Source of the DNA: Bacillota bacterium
GTDB lineage: Bacteria > Bacillota > Dethiobacteria > DTU022
Assembly (NCBI GenBank): GCA_016874655.1
Contig: VGTO01000003.1
Span: forward strand, 1 to 50,546
Reading direction: 5' to 3'
DNA length: 50,546 nt
Of the stretch, positions 46,357 to 50,546 are shown piece by piece; the first letter of the stretch is position 1, and each line of letters opens with the position of its first letter. A model generated the notes under the pieces. That model was not told where the DNA came from. It searched no databases and saw only the letters and a program-made list of their open reading frames with translations. Made by a program: the position numbers and the translations under genes.

Positions 46357-47007
46357 ATGGAGAACACCAAACGCATAAAAATCATCAATGAAATCGCAAA
46401 CACCATAACCCACGGAATCGGGGCACTCATGGCCATTGCCGGTCTGGTTTTGCTGGTTGTCTTTGCTGCCCTTTACGGCAATGCCTGGCACATCGTCAGT
46501 GTTAGCATCTATGGTTCAACTTTGGTGCTGCTTTACCTGGCCTCCACCTTTTATCACGCCATCCAGGCCCCCGAAACAAAGCGCATCTTGCGGATTGTCG
46601 ACCACTCAGCAATCTACCTGCTCATAGCCGGCACCTATACTCCATTTACCTTAGTCACCCTTCAAGGCTTGCGTGGCTGGGTAATGTTTGGCATCATCTG
46701 GGGCTTGGCTTTGCTTGGTATTCTCTATAAGATATTTTTCATCAACCGACACGTGGTAATCTCCACTCTTTTCTACCTCGTGATGGGTTGGCTGATTGTC
46801 TTTTCCATTGGTGATCTGTTCCGGGGTTTAAGCACAGGTGGCATGATCTTTTTAGGCGCAGGGGGATTGTCATACACCTTAGGCATGATCTTCTATGCCG
46901 GCCGTGAACGCCTGCTGATGCACGCCATCTGGCACCTCTTCGTCCTCGGCGGCAGTATCTGCCATTTTTTCGCCATTTTTTTCTATGTGCTTCCACTTAA
47001 AGCTTAA
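46357..47007 (+). CDS. trhA: Hemolysin III / PAQR family membrane protein
   Basis: EIANTITHG, STFYHA, DHSAIYLLIAGTYTP, HAIWHLFVLGGSICHF. Confidence 0.92.
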   Translation: MENTKRIKIINEIANTITHGIGALMAIAGLVLLVVFAALYGNAWHIVSVSIYGSTLVLLYLASTFYHAIQAPETKRILRIVDHSAIYLLIAGTYTPFTLVTLQGLRGWVMFGIIWGLALLGILYKIFFINRHVVISTLFYLVMGWLIVFSIGDLFRGLSTGGMIFLGAGGLSYTLGMIFYAGRERLLMHAIWHLFVLGGSICHFFAIFFYVLPLKA

Positions 47008-47201
47008 GCAACAGCTGTTTTTCCCCTATGCAGATCGTTTATTTTCCGGTACTTCTGGCGTTTACAAATAATTAGCTGCCTGGTGTAATCAAGGGGTAAT
47101 TTGAATTTTTCATAAAAAGAAAACACAAAAACAAGGATTGGGGGCTGGCTGACTGGAATTACACTGATGATTATTAGATCGTAAAAAATGTTAGTTTTGA
47201 G

Positions 47202-47741
47202 TTGAGACTGGAGGGATCGGCAGCGGTGATCAAAAAGGAGTATGATGAACCGGAATTTATCGATGTAACCAAGGGCCGAAATGAACAGATGGGTGAACAG
47301 ATAGTGACCGAAATCAGGGATCTCTGTATCGAGCAGCCTTTTGCCGTATTATCGACCCAGGGCGACGAACAACCTTATACCAACCTGATCAGCTTCGCCT
47401 TTAACGAAGAGCTTAACCGGTTTGTCTTTGCGACTCCGGCCCAGACCAGAAAGTACACTTTAATTTGCAGGAATGGAAAAGTATCACTGCTGATCGACAA
47501 CCGCTCCCAGCAACCGAACAGCATCAACCTGATTCGGGCTGCAACCGTAACCGGTAAAGCCAGGGTCCTGCAAGAGCCCACTGAGATTGATCAGTGGGCC
47601 GCACTGCTGATCAAGCGGCATAGTTACCTGGAGAAATTTATAAAGTCACCCACATCGGGATTAATACTCGTTGAGGTCATCCGCTTTTTCTATGTGCGGC
47701 GCTTCCAGGAGGTTTACCAGTGGATACCCAACAAGACCTGA
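47202..47741 (+). CDS. Pyridoxamine 5'-phosphate oxidase-like (split-barrel FMN-binding) protein
   Basis: QPFAVLST, PYTNLISF, FATPAQTRKY, VSLLIDNR; true start uncertain. Confidence 0.8.
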   Translation: MRLEGSAAVIKKEYDEPEFIDVTKGRNEQMGEQIVTEIRDLCIEQPFAVLSTQGDEQPYTNLISFAFNEELNRFVFATPAQTRKYTLICRNGKVSLLIDNRSQQPNSINLIRAATVTGKARVLQEPTEIDQWAALLIKRHSYLEKFIKSPTSGLILVEVIRFFYVRRFQEVYQWIPNKT

Positions 47742-47873
47742 TAATCCCTCTGCCCGAGGCTTCACTATACCGAGTTGATTGAAACAGGCAATCTGGTTAC
47801 CGTCAACGGTGACCTGGGAATAGTCGTGATTGGTGAACCTAAATTCGACCTTGAAAAAGGATGGCCAGGCTAA
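47720..47873 (+). pseudogene. Internally deleted PEP-utilising enzyme (PEP synthase / rifampin-phosphotransferase-like) remnant
   Basis: AGGAGG RBS + GTG 47720 gives MDTQQDLIIPLPEA... stopping after 20 codons; another frame from 47769 gives TELIETGNLVTVNGDLGIVVIGEPKFDLEKGWPG*, resembling the I.TGD.VTVDG..G.V end of the PEP-utiliser mobile domain. Confidence 0.6.
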
Positions 47874-48146
47874 GACGGCATTAAATGTGCAGTCATTATA
47901 TCTATCGAGGCTTTACAATAAACCAAAAAATAGCTTAAACATCAATTAATACAATTTGATAGCTGAAAACCCTCTTTTTCGTTAAAACAGAGATATCGCT
48001 AAACCTCTTTATAATCAAATACTGATGCTCAACCATCCTTGCAATAATAACTTCAAAAGCATCCGTTTCTATTGCCATAATACCTTACAACTTCACAGCC
48101 ATAATGGATCCTTTTGATAAAAAGGATCATCTAACTGGGAATCGTT

Positions 48147-48554
48147 CTAGATTGAGCGCATTCGATTGTTCCTCGGGTTATGCTCAAGCTCGCAGAGACC
48201 AAGCACCTCCATCAGTGGTGGGATATAGACCCCAAAGCGCCCGCGCAGCCCCTTCTTCAAGCCATACCAACCGCCAATCGGGTTGTCCGGAGAGCGGCCC
48301 CAAGCCTCGACTGTCCCTTCCTTGGCGGGCTTTTGCTCATCAGCGCCGCCAAGTTCCACCCAATCACCAGCCGCCTTTAGCATGGTATACAGATCATCCA
48401 CGCAACGGGCATCATAGAAGAGGGTCGTCGTGCCGACAGTGCAGACCAGAACGCGCTTGCCGTCCTTCTCGTCGATATGCATCTTGTACTCGGCTGTTCC
48501 AGGAGGGGTCCTGAGAACCCAGGGGTTATCCTTTGTGCGATCCAATTTTTCCAT
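48147..48554 (-). CDS. Conserved hypothetical protein (DUF6855-like)
   Basis: AGGAGG RBS; PWVLRTPPG, GDWVELGGADEQKPA, VEAWGR...NPIGGWYGLKKGLRGRFG motifs. Confidence 0.7.
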   Translation of the reverse strand: MEKLDRTKDNPWVLRTPPGTAEYKMHIDEKDGKRVLVCTVGTTTLFYDARCVDDLYTMLKAAGDWVELGGADEQKPAKEGTVEAWGRSPDNPIGGWYGLKKGLRGRFGVYIPPLMEVLGLCELEHNPRNNRMRSI

Positions 48555-48683
48555 ACTTTTCTATCCTCCTTGTGTTAATTATTCGTAGGTCAGTGTAATG
48601 ATATGATCAAAGGACTCACAACTTTCGTTTGCATCTTCGTTATCATACTGAGACCAAAAAACAGACTTTGGCCTGAAAATGCA

Positions 48684-49094
48684 TTACACTTTGTCTGTTT
48701 TCATTTTATCCCCAAAGTAGGCTTTCATTGGACCGAAATATGCATCAATCCAGCCTTGTTGATACTGCTTTCCGTGCGCAGGAAGATTGGAGTGCCGGAT
48801 AGTAACTCTTGCTCCCACGCTTGTCTTTTCGAATAAGATTTCCAACCGTGAATTTGTTTCGGTTTCATCAAACTCAGTTGTTCGCCACTCTTGAAGAATC
48901 CTTCTGGGATATTCTAGTTCGAGATTCTTTCCTTGAATGTACCCATCCCACGCTTCAAAAGTATCACCCACATTGGGGGAGACCTTTGCTTGACCACCTG
49001 TCATTCTTGAATGTTCTTCAGAATCAAGCCAAGCTTCATAGGCTTCTTCTGGTGTCGCTGGAATCACATCTGAAACTTCAAATTCGATACTCAT
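48684..49094 (-). CDS. SRPBCC/AHSA1-domain protein
   Basis: YEAWLDS..HS.MTG, FEAWDGYIQG, RILQEWRT, QGWIDAYF.PMK.YF. Confidence 0.85.
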   Translation of the reverse strand: MSIEFEVSDVIPATPEEAYEAWLDSEEHSRMTGGQAKVSPNVGDTFEAWDGYIQGKNLELEYPRRILQEWRTTEFDETETNSRLEILFEKTSVGARVTIRHSNLPAHGKQYQQGWIDAYFGPMKAYFGDKMKTDKV

Positions 49095-49127
49095 TCTTCA
49101 CCCCAGAATTGTAGTAGTGGCCGGCTC

Positions 49128-49796
49128 CTAGCCAAAGACGGCGAACACCACGATTAAGTAGTACAGCGCCACACCGACCATCGTCAGGCCAGCGACGACG
49201 CTGATCTGGCGTTCGTAGGTCACAAGAGCGCTGATCATCCATCGACTCGCGGCGGGACTCACAAGCGAGAAAGCGATCAGCGGGGCGCAGATGCCAAGTG
49301 TGAAAGCGGTGAATAGCGAGATGTTGGCCACCGCGTCGGTGGCTGTTGCGACGCGCGCGAAGAACGCAGCGATGATGGCAGGGTTGCACGGAATGACGAT
49401 GGCGCCAAAGAAGAAGCCGTATGCGAGCGCAGCCAGATACGGATTGGCTATGCGGTTCGGGCGGACCTTGCGCTTGGGTTTGTAGCCCACCAGCAGAACA
49501 ATGCCGGCGACGAGGATGATCGCGAAGGCGATCGGCGAGACGATGCCGATAACGCGCGTGAGAGACTCCTGAAGCCACATGGTGAACACTACGCCGATGA
49601 GCGCCATGAACACGATGACGCCCACGCTGACGAGGAGGCCAAAGAGCGCAAGGTACCGGCGTGAATCATGACGTTCTCCGACGGTGCGAGCCAGGCGCGA
49701 GAGAAACGCGGGGTAGAGCGGCAGCACGCACAGCGCGGTTGTCGGCGTGAGAACGCCGAGCCAGAAAGTAACCGCAAGATCGGCAAGCGTCGTCAC
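49128..49796 (-). CDS. ccdA: CcdA / DsbD-beta family membrane electron carrier
   Basis: Two redox Cys motifs (ALCVLPLYP and IVIPCNPA), six TM helices. Confidence 0.85.
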   Translation of the reverse strand: MTTLADLAVTFWLGVLTPTTALCVLPLYPAFLSRLARTVGERHDSRRYLALFGLLVSVGVIVFMALIGVVFTMWLQESLTRVIGIVSPIAFAIILVAGIVLLVGYKPKRKVRPNRIANPYLAALAYGFFFGAIVIPCNPAIIAAFFARVATATDAVANISLFTAFTLGICAPLIAFSLVSPAASRWMISALVTYERQISVVAGLTMVGVALYYLIVVFAVFG

Positions 49797-50401
49797 CGGG
49801 CACCTTGCGCTTTCTCAAGCAGGTCGGCCGCTGACATGACGCCGGTGAAGAACTCCGCGTCGGTCTGATCGGGGTTGAGCAGAATCTTCGGCGAACTCGG
49901 CGGGTTGATGATTCCGGTACCGTACTCATCGATGAGAAGGCTTGTCATTTCGGCCGGCGCCACGACAAATATGCCGGCGAAATCGTTGCGCTCAATGTGG
50001 TCGCGGACCGCCTGCTCATCCTCGTTCTGATCGATATCGACGGCGATCACGACGACGTCATCGGTCTCGCGGGTCAGTTTGCTCGTCTCCGCCAACTGGC
50101 GGCGACAGATGCTTCACCAGACCGCGAACGTTTTGACGAGCACCGGCTTCCCACGGAAGTCAGCGATACGCAACGTCTCTCCGGTCAACACGTCCGTGAG
50201 TTCGATGTCGGCCCACGCAAACTGCGCAGCAGGTTGCTCACCGTCTGCGGAACCCTGCTCATCCGGTGCAGGAGTTTCAGATGGCACGTCGGGTTCGCTA
50301 ACGTCCGGCTCGCTCACCGCAGCCGAACAGCCTGCGAGCATCGACAGCGCGAGAACGGTCGCAAGCAGGGTGAGCAAAACAGTGTTTCGGCGACGGTACA
50401 T
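49793..50401 (-). CDS. Selenocysteine-containing thioredoxin-fold (TlpA/redoxin) lipoprotein, UxxC
   Basis: Track ORFs 50114..50401 and 49793..50095 are in one frame separated by TGA at 50116-50114: ...DFRGKPVLVKTFAVW-U-SICRRQL...; lipobox LAGC; overlaps ccdA start by GTGA. Confidence 0.85.
50085..50106 (-). promoter_or_regulatory. Candidate bacterial SECIS hairpin
   Basis: GTC-G-CCGCC-AGTT-GGCGG-A-GAC starting 7 nt after the UGA. Confidence 0.55.
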
Positions 50402-50459
50402 GGCAGGTCCTCCTCAGAGATAGATATAATGGAAGGGCCAGCCCCACACGCGATACGTA

Positions 50460-50546
50460 GGTTAGGCCTGCTATAATAGCAGGAAAAGAGCTACATGCGA
50501 GGAGGCAGACCCATGATCAATAATACCATATTTGTAGGGCTTGATG
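50460..50546 (+). mobile_element. Left end and transposase start of an IS110-family element (truncated by window end)
   Basis: GAGGAGG RBS, ATG 50513: MINNTIFVGLD(V), the FVGLD start of the DEDD RuvC-like domain; TATAAT at 50472 inside a CCTGCTA/TAGCAGG inverted repeat. Only 11 codons visible; left boundary approximate. Confidence 0.65.

Noticed and set aside
47880-49110. Integron cassette array (DUF6855-like and SRPBCC genes) and a 47-codon ORF near 47935-48078
   Set aside because: No convincing attC sites or integrase; the short ORF has no recognisable motif or strong RBS.
49793-50095. Separate 100-aa gene with TTG start
   Set aside because: It is the C-terminal half of the UxxC selenoprotein, in frame with 50114..50401.

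Overview
Chromosomal segment of an anaerobic, probably spore-forming Bacillota (clostridial/Dethiobacteria-like; taxonomy is inference from gene content, RBS style and sigma54/sigmaH/LexA motifs). About 55 CDSs, mostly on the minus strand, plus tRNA-Val(TAC). Contents: a sigma54-controlled corrinoid protein (truncated at the left edge) with its bEBP activator, a non-pyrrolysine MttB-family methyltransferase, a CoA-transferase/ThDP-lyase/SDR/XdhC cluster, a NikR-boxed ECF Ni/Co transporter, a Zur-boxed znuACB-zur operon divergent from a core-MetE (MesB-like) methyltransferase, and nitrogen/nucleobase catabolic genes. Most notable: (1) a compact module in which an SOS-boxed ComK-like regulator converges on a DUF1659-DUF2922-YvrJ-amidase cassette punctuated by hairpins (candidate DNA-damage-inducible lysis/particle system, no phage genes); (2) a geranylgeranyl reductase + phytol/dolichol-kinase + DGGGP-synthase-like UbiA cluster (archaeal-type isoprenoid lipid chemistry in a Firmicute); (3) a high-GC right-end segment encoding a UxxC selenocysteine thioredoxin-fold lipoprotein (split in the ORF track by an in-frame TGA) with CcdA, next to the start of an IS110-family transposase. 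All family calls are from motif recognition by eye; no database searches were run.
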